Assembly (NCBI GenBank): GCA_002269645.1
Contig: NIVC01001615.1
Span: 124,001-188,000 of the forward strand
Direction: 5' to 3'
Source: Macrostomum lignano
Taxonomy: Eukaryota
DNA length: 64,000 bases
The position numbers and the translations under genes were made by a program. The notes under the pieces were generated by a model, which was not told the origin of the DNA, did not search any database, and was given only the letters and a program-made list of their open reading frames with translations. Shown here one piece after another: positions 16,571 to 28,384 of this stretch (the stretch's first letter is position 1; each line of letters starts with the position of its first letter).

Positions 16571-17565
16571 GCAGATTAAAGTAACCATAAGTCCCGGATG
16601 TCATAGGAATGCACAAATCTGTCCCCATAAACCTCTGTGTATTGATTTTCCAACACTACCTTTTTCTGCGCCTCGTTCATCATTTTTCTGCTTCTCCTGC
16701 TGTCTGCTTTGCCTCGAATTGTTCAAGCTTTGCTTTGCCGCAGAATCGAAAGCTTCTGCTAATCTCGCTAGCACCGCTGCGCTAACCAATTAGCAAATTC
16801 AGTTTCAGAATTTTATAATACAGACAGATATACTACTGCAAGTATGCGGCTGGTTTAAGCAGCTTTTCTCGTACGGTTTCGAATAGAATGCGAAATATGG
16901 AAATCATTTTTTTAAATCCGAAAATATAATTAATTAAATCGCTCTTGCAGTCGAGCCGATTCAAACAAATTCATCAACTCATCTCCGCAGACTGAGAGGC
17001 TTTTCATCTTTTGGCTGCACTTTTGATGGCATCAGTTTTGCGCGGCGCGTACAAAAGTACGAGTTTAAACAATATTTTGCTGACTCCTTTGCTAAAGGAT
17101 CATCTGCGCCACCTGGGCATCGCGCCTCTCCAAGTCCTTGCTGTATAGGCTAAAGAGAACCCGGATATGTAGGAAAAAATTAAGTGGAATTTGAGAGACA
17201 AAAGGGAAAGAAAAGTAGCGCCGAGTTGTAGCCAGAGTACACCATCTCTATTAGGCTGCTCTAACTGCTTGGCTGTGCAGTTGTTTTTCTTTCAAAAAGC
17301 AGAGTTTTTGCCTGAGATTATGGGGGGGGCTGAATTTCGTCTTCTCTCTTTTAACAATGCCGCAATTTTGAGTACGCGCGGCAGATTCTGCGTCTCTTCT
17401 GCAAACTGAGTTGGAGGCGGGAGGGAGGGGCCTGAGGGAAGGTCGAGAGACAATGTGAGGGCGGACGCGGGCGAAACTTCGGCTTAAATTGCGGGCAGCT
17501 CAGAAGCAGCTGCTCAAGAGAGACCAGCTTGACGCAATTGTCAACCCGAGGCGGCACAGGAGACG

Positions 17566-19335
17566 ATGGCGAGCTCAAGGATTGACCAGCAGGTGAGCAC
17601 TGAGCAGGCCACCCGCAGCTGCGTGAACTGGATCGCCCTACTGCTGGACTCCGAGGTCCGCCCGGACTCGACAGACTCCGCCTTCGCCGAGGTCATGGCG
17701 CTGCTCCGCTCGCCGGCGCCAACCGAACGGTCGCTGAAGATGGCGCTGGCCGACGGCCGCCTGCTGGATCGGCTGGTCCAGCGAGTTGGCGTGGCGCCAA
17801 TCGACGCTCCGAAATGCGCCGGCGCCGACGAACCGTTGAAGAAATTTGTGCTCTGGTTCGGCAGAAACTTCAACCTGGGCCGCGAAATTGACGCCACCAG
17901 GATCGACGCCAACCTCATCGCCAGCTGCCTGAGCGAACTGGTCTGCCGGGCGGCCAGTCGAGACTACAGCCTGCCGCTGTTCAACCTGAGCAGTTCCGGC
18001 CGCTTCGCCGACATGCTGCTGCTGCCGGAGCCCGAGGCGGTCAGCCCGGTCGAGCTGGAGCTCGTGAAGATCATCAACTACTACCGGCTGGCCCTGGCCG
18101 TCGGGCAGCTGCTGGCCAAGTCGCCGCTGTCCTACTGGCCCAAACAGCAGGTTGAGGACGCCTTCGCCTGTCACGGGCCGCTGCTCGACAAGTACTGCCA
18201 GATCCGGGCTGAGCTGGGCTCCGCGAAGGAGGACAGGGACCTGGACAGTCGGCTGGAGGCCGCCCTGCACCGACACTTGCCGGAGCTGGGCCAACTGCAC
18301 GCCAAGCAGGTGAGCAGCTGGCAGCTGGTCAACGCGTTCAATGTGTACCAGTTGATCCAGAAGGAGCCCAGGCGGCAGAGGCAGGTGCGTCTGGCTCTGA
18401 AGCGGCTGACCTCGGGCGACCTCAACTGGTCCAACCGAGACATGGAGCAGCTGCAGCTGATGCCCGCATTCCATATCAAAAGTCTGCTGAATAAAGTCAA
18501 CCAGATGGCAAATCGCGGCAACAGCGAGCCGCTGAACCGCGCCAAGAAGCTGATTTCTAACGTGGACACCCGGCTCGATTTGCTGGTGGAAAGCCTGGAA
18601 GACCAGGTGAAGCCAAGCCTGTCTGCAATCCAAGGCCTGGGCAGTTTCCATCGGACGTTTAAAAATCTCGGGATTCTGAGGCTGCAAAACCTTACTGTGA
18701 ACCTGGTTACTATGCAGGCCGACCAGCAGCGCCGAATGAGGCTTCGCTGTCACCTGTGGGACGCGGCGCTCGTGCTGTCATGCCCGGAAACCGGCACCAT
18801 TGAGAGGACTGTAGAGGTGACGCCCGACACAGAGTTCCAGCTGGCGAGCGGCGTCAATACGCTGCAAGTGCGGCAGCAATGGGGCCACCTGCTGCTGGCC
18901 TGCGACTCGAAGCCGGACTGCGAGGCGTTGCTGAACGCCGGCAATGCCGCCAAGCTCAGTCGCTACCCGAGGTGCGAGGCCAAAGGCCACAGCTTCCAGC
19001 AGAAGTTCTTCGACCACGAAACCCTGTTCGAGAACAGCGAGTCCTGCTCTCGCTGCAGACAGGCGCTGGTGGGCTTCTGCTACGAGTGCAAAGGGGCCTG
19101 TGGCATGAAGCTGGACAAAGCCTGCATCGGCACCCTGTCAACCGACTGCAGGCGGGACGCCATCAGCCGCAGCCAGTCACTATCGAGCGGGGCTGGCGCC
19201 GCGGTCGCCGCTGATCTTGCTGCGGCTGACCACAGCTCTGCGGCGAGTCGTCGGCGAGTGCTGCATTCGGTCGGCGGCGGCTCGACCAGGAGCAGGACCC
19301 TCGATGAGAGTGCGGGGGTTTACGATCGGATGTAG
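17566..19335 (+). CDS. Intronless divergent Vav-like protein, 589 aa (CH - degenerate DH - PH - C1), lacking SH3-SH2-SH3
   Basis: N-terminal CVNWI...ALADGRLLDRL...LKKFV..F...F resembles the Vav CH domain (C..WL...ALRDGVLLCQL...LKNIRTF). LMPAFHIKSLL matches the DH LMVPMQRVLKY position; RCHLWDAALVLS is PH-like; GHSFQ...CSRC..L.GF...C..C....DKAC is a C1 domain. Confidence 0.75.
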   Translation: MASSRIDQQVSTEQATRSCVNWIALLLDSEVRPDSTDSAFAEVMALLRSPAPTERSLKMALADGRLLDRLVQRVGVAPIDAPKCAGADEPLKKFVLWFGRNFNLGREIDATRIDANLIASCLSELVCRAASRDYSLPLFNLSSSGRFADMLLLPEPEAVSPVELELVKIINYYRLALAVGQLLAKSPLSYWPKQQVEDAFACHGPLLDKYCQIRAELGSAKEDRDLDSRLEAALHRHLPELGQLHAKQVSSWQLVNAFNVYQLIQKEPRRQRQVRLALKRLTSGDLNWSNRDMEQLQLMPAFHIKSLLNKVNQMANRGNSEPLNRAKKLISNVDTRLDLLVESLEDQVKPSLSAIQGLGSFHRTFKNLGILRLQNLTVNLVTMQADQQRRMRLRCHLWDAALVLSCPETGTIERTVEVTPDTEFQLASGVNTLQVRQQWGHLLLACDSKPDCEALLNAGNAAKLSRYPRCEAKGHSFQQKFFDHETLFENSESCSRCRQALVGFCYECKGACGMKLDKACIGTLSTDCRRDAISRSQSLSSGAGAAVAADLAAADHSSAASRRRVLHSVGGGSTRSRTLDESAGVYDRM

Positions 19336-20871
19336 TGAGCTGGCGGAGAGGCGACTCAGCACTATATAAACAGTTGCCAAGCACGGTACTCTCGAGGCTG
19401 TAGGACATGCAGGAACAATATATTCGCTTTCAAACATCTATTTCAAACTTGTTGTTTCAACTCCAGCTTCTATTTCGTCAAATAATATCATCAAATTCGT
19501 GTCATCATAGCAGATAGCTTCCATTTCGTTATTGACAGTAAAATAATCAGAAATTTAGCGCAACTCAATACTCGAAAGTTAGCCAGGAATGCACTGAACA
19601 ATCTGTAGTTTTTTTAGCACCTATGCTGTTTGTTTGCTCGTTACCCGTTAGAACGCGTTCAATAATACCATAAAAATGGAGAAGTTTAAGTTTAAAGAGA
19701 GTTTATCGCGATGAGAAGCTCGAAAATACTGTACATGTAAGCATCGGAGAAGTCGATGAGAAATAGTCCCATTGTAAAACGCTGCATATACACAATACAC
19801 TTTTCCCTGTATAACTACGAGCTTATATTGACTTTTATTATTTTGGTTATTAATTTCCATAACTCATTTTAGCGCCGCAAGCACTCATTTTATCGCCCTG
19901 CAGCAAAATTATTAATTTCTATTAGGGGCCACAAGGTCAGATGGGGGGGGGGGAACAGAGCATTGGCATGTCCCCCAGCTCTTTTACTGGGGGGCACATG
20001 TCCCCCTGCCCCCCCCCATTGGCGACGCCCCTGAGAGCGTAGTAATGGCAAGATTAAATTGAACACAAGTCAGTTAACTGTTTTTATCTTTATGATTATG
20101 AAAACGTTGAGTTGTTGTCTTTTCCGGAATCTTTATTTTTCTTTGGCTTTTGTATCCTGCGATCTTATATATATATTTTTCATCTTTAGTTTGAGCCAGA
20201 TGCAATCCGAGTCAAGTTCAGACCTTAGTATTAATTATAATCGCACTTTGATTTTGAACAGATGAAAAGGTGAACATTATAACAAGAAAAAAACTTATAA
20301 AAAAAACCAGATTGAAGACAGTCCCATGATGATGGCGAAAGAAAAAAACTGAGTTACCCAAGCGGCTAACATGCCAACTACCTCATTCCGAGACAGTAAA
20401 TGCCCTACCCTAATGACCACTACCTGATGATGATGAGTTTAACAGGATGACAACGCAGGTTGGAAGAAAAGCTCTGTTACAACTTGACAGTAGTGAGTAG
20501 GTAAACTTCAGTCGAGAACTCGTTATAATTAATAATAATAGCATAAGCTTCCAGTCCAAGTAAAAATGGTGGCAAGGACTATTAACAAGTGGGTAGTTTA
20601 GCTATTGAGTAAGTCGGTAGCAAACAGGCGGTGCTTATTTGCAATGCAATGCCAAGTTGCAAGCAGTTGTTGCTAAATTTAGCTCCTGAAAATAGCCAAT
20701 ATTAGCCGCAGTTTCAGTGGCAGAACTTTTGCGCTCATTCTGCTTTGAAAGCTGAACAACTGCTTGGGGCACGGATTCACACAGCACATAATATACACCA
20801 TAATTAAATGTAAAACGAATAGACATGTAACATTGTCTTCATTTTACTGAAGCAGTTCATCTCTTGACTGA

Positions 20872-21087
20872 TTAAGCAACTCCAAACAGGTGCGACATGA
20901 TGCTGGCTCGATTGTGCAGCACCTCGGCGCAGAAGTTGTACATGCTGAAGAACACCCTCTTCTTGCGCTTGTCGTAATGAATGATGACATAATCGTCCTC
21001 CTCCGGCGTGGACGTCTCCAGTTCCGGGTCCAATTCGTCGACAAATTTCCAGACGGTCACTTCATCGTTGAATCGGACACTTTTCAT
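20872..21087 (-). CDS. Small protein (71 aa) with an N-terminal PP1-docking RVxF motif (MKSVRFNDEVTVW...)
   Basis: ATG at 21087, open to a stop at 20872. KSVRF followed by VTVW matches RVxF plus the downstream hydrophobic pair. Protein-like composition. Confidence 0.55.
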   Translation of the reverse strand: MKSVRFNDEVTVWKFVDELDPELETSTPEEDDYVIIHYDKRKKRVFFSMYNFCAEVLHNRASIMSHLFGVA

Positions 21088-21301
21088 CGGGGGTTGGGCG
21101 CCGCCGGGCTGCCGCTGGATGAAATTAACGGCTTTGATTATAAGGACGGTGGATAAACCTCTGGCCGGTTTCTGGCGGCGTTGGCCTTTTGCGTTGTCGG
21201 AACAGCAGCACTCCAAGGGCTGGCTGGTGCCTCACGCTTTCGCGTTCGCGCCTGTCCGTGCGTCCGTGTGTTGTTTGTCTGCGCCTGTGACTTCTGGCTT
21301 A

Positions 21302-21337
21302 GACTGTGGCCCGGGCCCGTGCTTCGGCCTTTAAATA
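21302..21337 (-). promoter_or_regulatory. TATA box (TATTTAAA, 21337-21330) with an Inr-like CAGT 32 nt downstream (A at 21305)
   Basis: Canonical TATA-Inr spacing upstream of the 71-aa ORF. Confidence 0.45.
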
Positions 21338-22489
21338 ATGCAACTTGGGGCCAGGCGCCCTCGGAGTGCGAGGGGGAGAGGGGGAAGGAAGGGCGGCGTG
21401 TGTACAACCCGAACAGACGGGTTTCCAGTTGTGACCGGATTCAAAGGTCGGTCGAAAGGGTGAGGTGGGGGCTGTCACGGGGTCCAGGCGATCGATATCA
21501 GTTCTCTGGTCGTGCAAGACTGTCTCTTGTTTATCAGTCTAACCAACCTCTCCCTCGGCCGACGCACGCTTTCAGCGCGTGAAACTCCTGACCAAACTTT
21601 GTGCGGGCAGGGCCGCCGCTCTATCCCTGCATGGCCTTGCATGAACAGTCTTCACTAGTGGGCGTCACTTGTGGTCCGGGCCTGCCCAGGTGCGAGGTAA
21701 AGAGGATGACGTAATAGCTATCTTATCAAAACAGGCCAAGTCAGCAAAATAACTGGCACCATTATATGCAATTCTTGCCCAGGCAACAAACCTGTGTACG
21801 GGTGTGATAAATACTGCAAAATTAACCAATAAAGTGCAACCATTCTAAAATAAGCAATGAGCTTCTTAATCTGCGATAACAAAAATGACGGCGCTGTATC
21901 TGTCAAAAAACACATAAAATGCATTCGAAGCGTGCTTTATTTGGTCGCCAATAGTTACAAGAGATAATTAAGGTCATTGTGTGGCCTCTCTCTTGCTTTC
22001 TTAATGTTGACTGATATACAAAACGTTACAGAAAAAGGCGTGTGCCTCGTGTTTTTTATCAATCGAGTCTTTTACATGTTTTTTGCGCCTCAAGCATTGC
22101 CATGCAGTTACACAGCTGAGTTCACAGTTCAAATCAAATAAAATCAAAGGTGTGTAGTGGAAAGTGTACAGTACTTTGTCGTTTCGGCTAAAAGATATTA
22201 TGAAAATTGGGCATTCGAGTTTTAGTGTCGTTTGAGTAACCGTATTTTACTAAAACTTTCCACAGACTGTAGTTAAAAATTAAAATTCAACTTCATTCTG
22301 TCGAAAAGTTACGACTTATTTTTCCGACACTATTGATACTATCAATAGGAAGTGTTCTTTATGGGTTATTATTGTGTAAAACATGACAGAAGCGCGCATC
22401 GGCTCAAAAATAAGCTCAAAGCTGCCTGATACGCCGAACAATGCACTGGAAATTTACACAAACATATTAATCAGGTCGAGTGCCCAGGT

Positions 22490-23395
22490 GTTGTCTCGAC
22501 GTTAGGGTGTCATGAGCAGCCACGCCTCCTGCGCAGTCAAGGCAGCACGATTCGGCGCGGATGATGTGTGCCTGCTACATGTAGTGTGTAGGTTGAGTTA
22601 CCATGTTGCAACCACGGCTTGATTGGACAGGCCAGGCCTTCGTGGCGATAGAGGGAAGGCGGCCAAGGTCGCGAAGGAAGACCCGCTCTAACAGCTACTT
22701 GTTGACATTAGTCTAACAGCCTCAACCTTTCATTAGCAGAAATACTGCAAGAAACACACAAGTCAGAAGTTCTCACCGCAGTCGTGGCAAATTGCCGAAT
22801 GATTATTAAACAACAACTGAATACGCAGTTAGCGTCACAGGGCGCGCCTCAAGGCCAGGTCACGAATGCCGAATCCGGGGCGCCGACGTCAGCCAGCAGG
22901 CAGTCGACGAAACGCCGAGTGCGCGCCTGCTCCCGCCGGTAGGGTGCCTGCAGCGGTTAGCAGCAGCACTTCTTGCACCGGCTCTGGGCAGTACGATTCG
23001 GCGCGGATGATATGGCCTGCCAGCTGGAGTCGCAGACGGCGCAACAGGTCGCTTGGACGGACCAGGCCGGCGGGTGATACAAAGCCGCGTTGGTCACTCA
23101 CTCGTAGCCGATCTTGAAGGCGGCGCGCAGCAGGCCAGCGTGCGCCGCGTCAACTTGTTGTTCGAGCGACTCCGTCAGCGTCCAGGTCTCGGCGTTGTAC
23201 AGCAGCAGGACGGTCTCGATCACCGCCTGGAACAACGCCGCCCTCTGGTGGTCAGGTAAGGCCTTGGACTCACTCCAGAGTGCCCTCACAGAACAAAAGG
23301 CAGCCCAGGCAAGCCCGCGGCGACGCCGCAAATCCTCGCGGACACCGGGAACCAGACGAATTGACGGCCATGTTCGCGCCTGGGTCGCGGCCGCC
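22490..23395 (-). mobile_element. Non-LTR retrotransposon (RTE/L2-like) ORF2 C-terminal fragments; main piece 22840-23395, second short copy ~22490-22580
   Basis: LFQAVIETVLLLYNAETWTLT...LLRAAF and RRLRLQLAGHIIRAESYCP, with frameshifts. The HIIRAES motif is repeated near 22550. Confidence 0.8.
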
Positions 23396-24415
23396 TCCAC
23401 GAGTCGAGCGAATGGCGCTGAGGATCCAGCACCTAGTGTTCAAGGTCGAGTACCAGCCGGGAGCCTCTAATGCTGCAGACGAACTCAGCAGGCAACCCCT
23501 AAGCGCGCATGGCGGAAGTTTTGGCGAACAGCGGAGGGAGGCCTACATCAACGAGGTGGCGCAGGCGGCTGTGCCGATGGCGCTGACGCTCGAGGACTTC
23601 CGCAAGAGCTCTGTCAGCGACCCAGTCTTCCGGGCGGCGATAGCGGCGACGCAAGGCGGCCGGTGGGATTGCTCCAACGCCGAGATACGTTCGCTCCTCG
23701 CGCTGCGAGAGGAGCTGTCTGCTGTGGACGGGGTCCTTCTTCGGCACCAGCGAATCGTCGTGCCAGCTGAACTGCGGCAGCAGATGCTCGAACTGGCGCA
23801 TCAAGGGCACCAGTGCTCGCAGAAGACGATCGCCAGACTCCGCACGAAGGTCTAGTGGCCGAGGATGGCAACTCAAGCGGAGGAGTTCGTCAGTCGATGC
23901 CGCAGCTGCGCCGTCGCGTCGCACACACCAGCCGTCCGGGCCACGCCTCTGCAGCCGACGCCTATCCCCGCGGACGCCTGGCTGTCGATCGGCGCCGATT
24001 TCGTGGGACCCATCAACAACAACATGCTGCTGGTGTGTGTGGACCGCTAATCGAGGTTCCCGGAGGTGCAACTCATGCAGACGACGATGGCTGAGGCACT
24101 GATTCCCCGCATACGGGAGATGTTCGCTCGCTTCGGGAGCTCGTAACAGACAATGGACCGCCCTTCTCGTCCAAGGAGTTCGGCCGGTTCCTGGCAAGCT
24201 ACGGGATCAAGCACCGCATCATCACGCCCTACTACCCAGCGGCCAACGGCTGAACCGCTCCATCAACAAAGTCGAGGAGCGGCGGGACTGGAGGGCTGCT
24301 CTGGACGAGTGGCTGCTGGCCTACAGGAACACGCCGCACACGGCTACCGGGCGCGCACCAGCCGAGCTGCTGATGGGCCGCCGGCCAAACGACGTCATTC
24401 CCGCGCCGCTTCTGT
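23395..24415 (+). mobile_element. Gypsy/Ty3 pol remnant (RNase H end + integrase)
   Basis: FKVEYQPGASNAADELSR; RIVVPAELRQQMLELAHQGHQ; HHCC C..C; AWLSIGADFVGP; in-frame stops. Confidence 0.9.
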
Positions 24416-24654
24416 TCTGATGTACACTTTTCTGCAGTGCACTCAGCTGATGATGCACACCTCGTACCTCGTACTGAAGTTGAAGTCATGCGTTGTACTA
24501 TTAACGAAGGGGGTGGGGGTTGGTCCGTCAGCAGACGGCTTATATCTGAAGCTTTGGTTGTGATCGATAAATCAGACTTAAAAAAGACTTGTCGCCGAAT
24601 TTGCTTTCGCCGAATTTGTCGGTGTTAAATTATTGTCGCCGAATTTGTGTGCAT

Positions 24655-26795
24655 CCACGGGCAGCCGGTGTCGCGCAGGGAGTTTCGGTGGTGTCGGTGT
24701 CCGCAGCGCGGTCCCCCTCCGGAGAGTCCAAGAAGAAGATTGTCGCTCGCCTGGTAGCCCTTAGGTAGCGGACGAGCTGGCAGAGATTCTCGAGCCTGAA
24801 AACGTCGGAGAGATCCGGGTTTGGGCCGAGGTAGGTGAGCCTGTCCTAAGTAAGGCGGGGCATTCACAGATAAAGTGCTCCATTCCGCATTCTCGACACC
24901 CGAGAGGCAGAAGGGGCATTCCTCAATGCGGATTTTTGCCTGGAGGTGAGGATGCCTGGCAAAACAGCTATGATCCGAGAGAGCCATGGTCACCGCTTTG
25001 ATGTCCCTGCGGTTGAGTTCAAGCAGGGCCCTGCGCAGCTTGGAGGAAGGACAGGGGACAGCCGCGCGGGATTGCCAGCAGTCAGGGGCGTTAGCTCACC
25101 TCTCCGTGTGCTTAGAAGCCACCCACTGGTTGATCCGAGTGGTGACAACGGCGATGGTGGTGGGGGCCACGGGCAGGGGACCAGTAAAATAACCGGTCGA
25201 GCCAGCCTTGTCAGCCGATCGGCCAGCTTGTTGCCGGGGTGGCCCAAGTGCCCTGGGATCCACCTTAGGGACACTTTGTTAGAGGCCCCTAAGCGGTTGA
25301 GCTGCCCGATGCAGTCGAGGACTGTACGCAAGCAGGTGGTGGTGCGCTCAAGGACGTGAATCGCCGCTTGACTGTCCGAGTGGAGGGTAATCTCCTTCCT
25401 CTAGACGAGCTGATTGTACAACTCCATGGCGCAGGAGCTGATGACGAGAACTTTGTTCTGGAAGACGGTGGAACGGTGCCGGTGTGTTGGGAGAAGTTCG
25501 CCACAGTTCTCCCTCCAGACACGATGCAGTAGCCGTAGCCAGAGGCTGAGTTGATTTGGGACCCGTCAGTGAAGCAGTGGATGTCACGGGGTTTCCAGTT
25601 GTCCCTAGCTTCTTGACGTGATGGAATGCTGGTTTTGAATTTGACCAGGGCAGAGCGTGGACGGGATTCCGTCCGAGAGGGTCAGCAGGGATCCCGCTGC
25701 TTCCAGGTCTCGCAGGCTGAGGTCGCCATGCGGCCGGAGGTTCCGCTTTCTGAAAGCGAACTGCTTCTGGATTGGGACACCCGCGTCAAGCAGACGGCGG
25801 GTGGTTTTCATTGCCTCCCCTCTAACAAAGAGGTCAAGGGGTAATGCCCAAGAAGGAGCTTCATGCCAGCGGAAGGGTGCGTGGAGGGAGTCGCGCTCAT
25901 GATAGCTCGACAAGCGCGGCCTTGCACCCTATTTAGAACCAAGAACCCCTTTCACCTCTAGGGCACTGTTCCAAATGAAGCTGGCTGGCGAAGGAGATGG
26001 CCGGTCTAACAATGGCAGTGTAAATCCACCAGAGAGGCGGGGTGAGGCCCAGGTAGCACCGAAAGCTCTGCGGATCTGAGCGAGTCGCGAGAGCTTTGCG
26101 GGCTTTGGTTTGGACGTGCCGGATCGAGCTCAACCTGTGGACGAGGTTGACGCCCAGACATCTGGTTTGTTTCTCCATGGCAACGGGTGTGCCATAGAGG
26201 GAGAGCGGTTCAATCCTCCAGTTTCGGCGGCTGGTGAACATGATTGCCACGGTTTTAGACTCAGAGAACCTGAGACCACAGCTATGTGCCCAGCGCTCGG
26301 CACGCGCGGTGGATGAAGGCTTGAAGGAGATCCCTGAGAACCGCGGGTGATGGTCCAGCCACAGTGCCGGTAACATCGTCCGCACATAACCGACCTTTCT
26401 GAACTGGGTCCGGATGGATGCGGGCTGCAGAGCGCAGCTCGTCCATGACTAAATTCCAGAGAATCGCGCCGGGCTGAGGACTCCACCCTGCCGTCCACCT
26501 TTCTGGACCTCCACGGAGCGGGAGTATCCCAGGAGGTGCGAGGTGGCAGTACGATAGGAGACCATGTACATGATGATCCAGCGGTTAAAGGTGCTCGTGC
26601 GTGCCCCGAAATTCCAGGGCCCGCTTAAAGGCTTCAAAAAGCACATTACTAAAAGCACCATCAATTTCGAGGAAAAGCGACAGCGCGTATCCACTGCCAA
26701 GCACGGCGCGCTCCAGCTTGTCGACAATGGCGTGCAGCGCACATTCGATGGAGCGTCCATGGACGAAGGCGTGCTGATTGGGGGAGAGCGGAGAG
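24655..26795 (-). mobile_element. 5'-truncated, decayed RNase H-bearing LINE (I/R1-type): RT - RNase H - CCHC
   Basis: RT motifs NQHAFVHGRSIECALH..LFLEIDGAFSNV (~26780-26650), QGGVLSP..LWNLVMDEL (~26500-26430) and frameshifted YADD (~26380). RNase H IHCFTDGS and LRWIPGHLGHPGNKLADRL. C-terminal CPFC. Confidence 0.88.
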
Positions 26796-27343
26796 TTCCC
26801 AGCTGTATTCTAGTATATCAAAATAACCTTTTTATTTAAGTAAGTTTTTGTAAATTTTACATCGATTGACGAATGGTTTCTATAATTTACTATTAAATAA
26901 ATGCTGGATATGCCATTCACTAAATGACACCACAAATGGGCATAAAAAATTGGACGGACGTATTTAACTTTGTAAAAACGTATAATTTTTCAGTTGACGC
27001 TGCTAACTGATCAGACAACTGTTCACACTGCTTTCGACTTTTTTAAATCTAACAGCTCGGTGGCTTTGGCATCATAAGAAGGAGTTTTTGGTGTACATGT
27101 GTCATGTATTGTCCTAGTACTGTGCTGCTATAGTTTAATTTTTTTGGCAAATAATTATATATATTTATTATGTAAACATATTTTTATACAACTATGACAT
27201 AAGTATGACCCATGGTTTGAGTGAGAATGACATTGGCTAGAACTCCAATATTAGAACCCTGTTTTGATTGTTTAGGCCCTAGAGGCTAGAGTTAGGCCCT
27301 ATTATGGATAGGGAATTCAATTCATGGCAGACTAAGGTCAAGG

Positions 27344-28238
27344 GGGTCTATGTGAATTTAGTAACCGAAATTTAGTAACCGTGAATTTAGTACTGCCTGA
27401 ATTTAGTACCGCTCGAATTTAGTACTGCCTGAATTTAGTACCGCCTGAATTTAGTAACGCCTGAATTTAGTAACGCCTGAATTTAGTACCGCCTGAATTT
27501 AGTACCGCTCGAATTTAGTACTGCCTGAATTTAGTAACGCCTGAATTTAGTAACGCCTGAATTTAGTACCGCCTGAATTTAGTACCGCTCGAATTTAGTA
27601 CTGCCTGAATTTAGTACCGCTCGAATTTAGTACTGCCTGAATTTAGTACCGCCTGAATTTAGTAACGCCTGAATTTAGTAACGCCTGAATTTAGTACCGC
27701 CTGAATTTAGTACCGCCTGAATTTAGTACTGCCTGAATTTAGTAACGCCTGAATTTAGTAACGCCTGAGTTTAGTAACACACATATATGTAGGCACAAAA
27801 TATATTATGTATAAAACTAATGTAATATATATATAGTGAAGTTGCAGAACAATAGAACTTTCCTTCACTTCATATTCACTTCCTTTCCTTCAGGAAGTAC
27901 TATACTAATGTATTATACTATGTATTATACTATGCATGTATACTATGTATAATACACTAGTATAGTACTAATGTATTAGTATTGTACTAATACATAAGGA
28001 ATATCTCTCAGCTGCACCATTTGTTGCGTTACTAAATTCAAGCATTACTAAATTCAGGCGGTACTAAATTCAGGCGGTACTAAATTCAGGCGGTACTAAA
28101 TTCAGGCGGTACTAAATTCAGGTGGTACTAAATTCAGGCAGTACTAAATTCAGGCGGTACTAAATTCAGGCAGTACTAAATTCAGGCAGTACTAAATTCA
28201 CGGTTACTAAATTTTGGTTACTAAATTCAAGGGCACCC
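27344..28238. mobile_element. Foldback-type non-autonomous DNA transposon; arms are inverted arrays of a 16-bp unit (GAATTTAGTACCGCCT); 8-bp TSD GGTCAAGG
   Basis: Left array 27354-27778; reverse-complement array ~28028-28229. Termini GGGT-N5-TGAATTTAGTAACC on both ends. GGTCAAGG at 27336-27343 and 28239-28246. Confidence 0.88.
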
Positions 28239-28320
28239 GGTCAAGGATAGCTAACAAACTAAAGAAATTCAATTTAAAATTAAGTGTCTTGCTCTACAGC
28301 ACAAATTGTTCCAAGTGGAT

Positions 28321-28384
28321 TGAAAATCATACCTCCCAACCTTCAATTCAAGTTATGAGTCTGATGCTCTAACCACTAACTAGG
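28321..28384 (-). other. Degenerate tRNA-Met-like fragment (SINE head or pseudo-tRNA)
   Basis: Minus strand TAGTTAGTGGTTAGAGCATCAGACTCATAAC resembles a D-arm plus CAT anticodon arm; the T-arm and acceptor stem are decayed. Confidence 0.35.

Noticed and set aside
17638-18753. 371-aa minus-strand ORF
   Set aside because: Antisense shadow of the Vav-like CDS.
20326-20427. C/D snoRNA-like ATGATGA ... CTGA
   Set aside because: No terminal stem, and no rRNA-complementary guide that I could identify.
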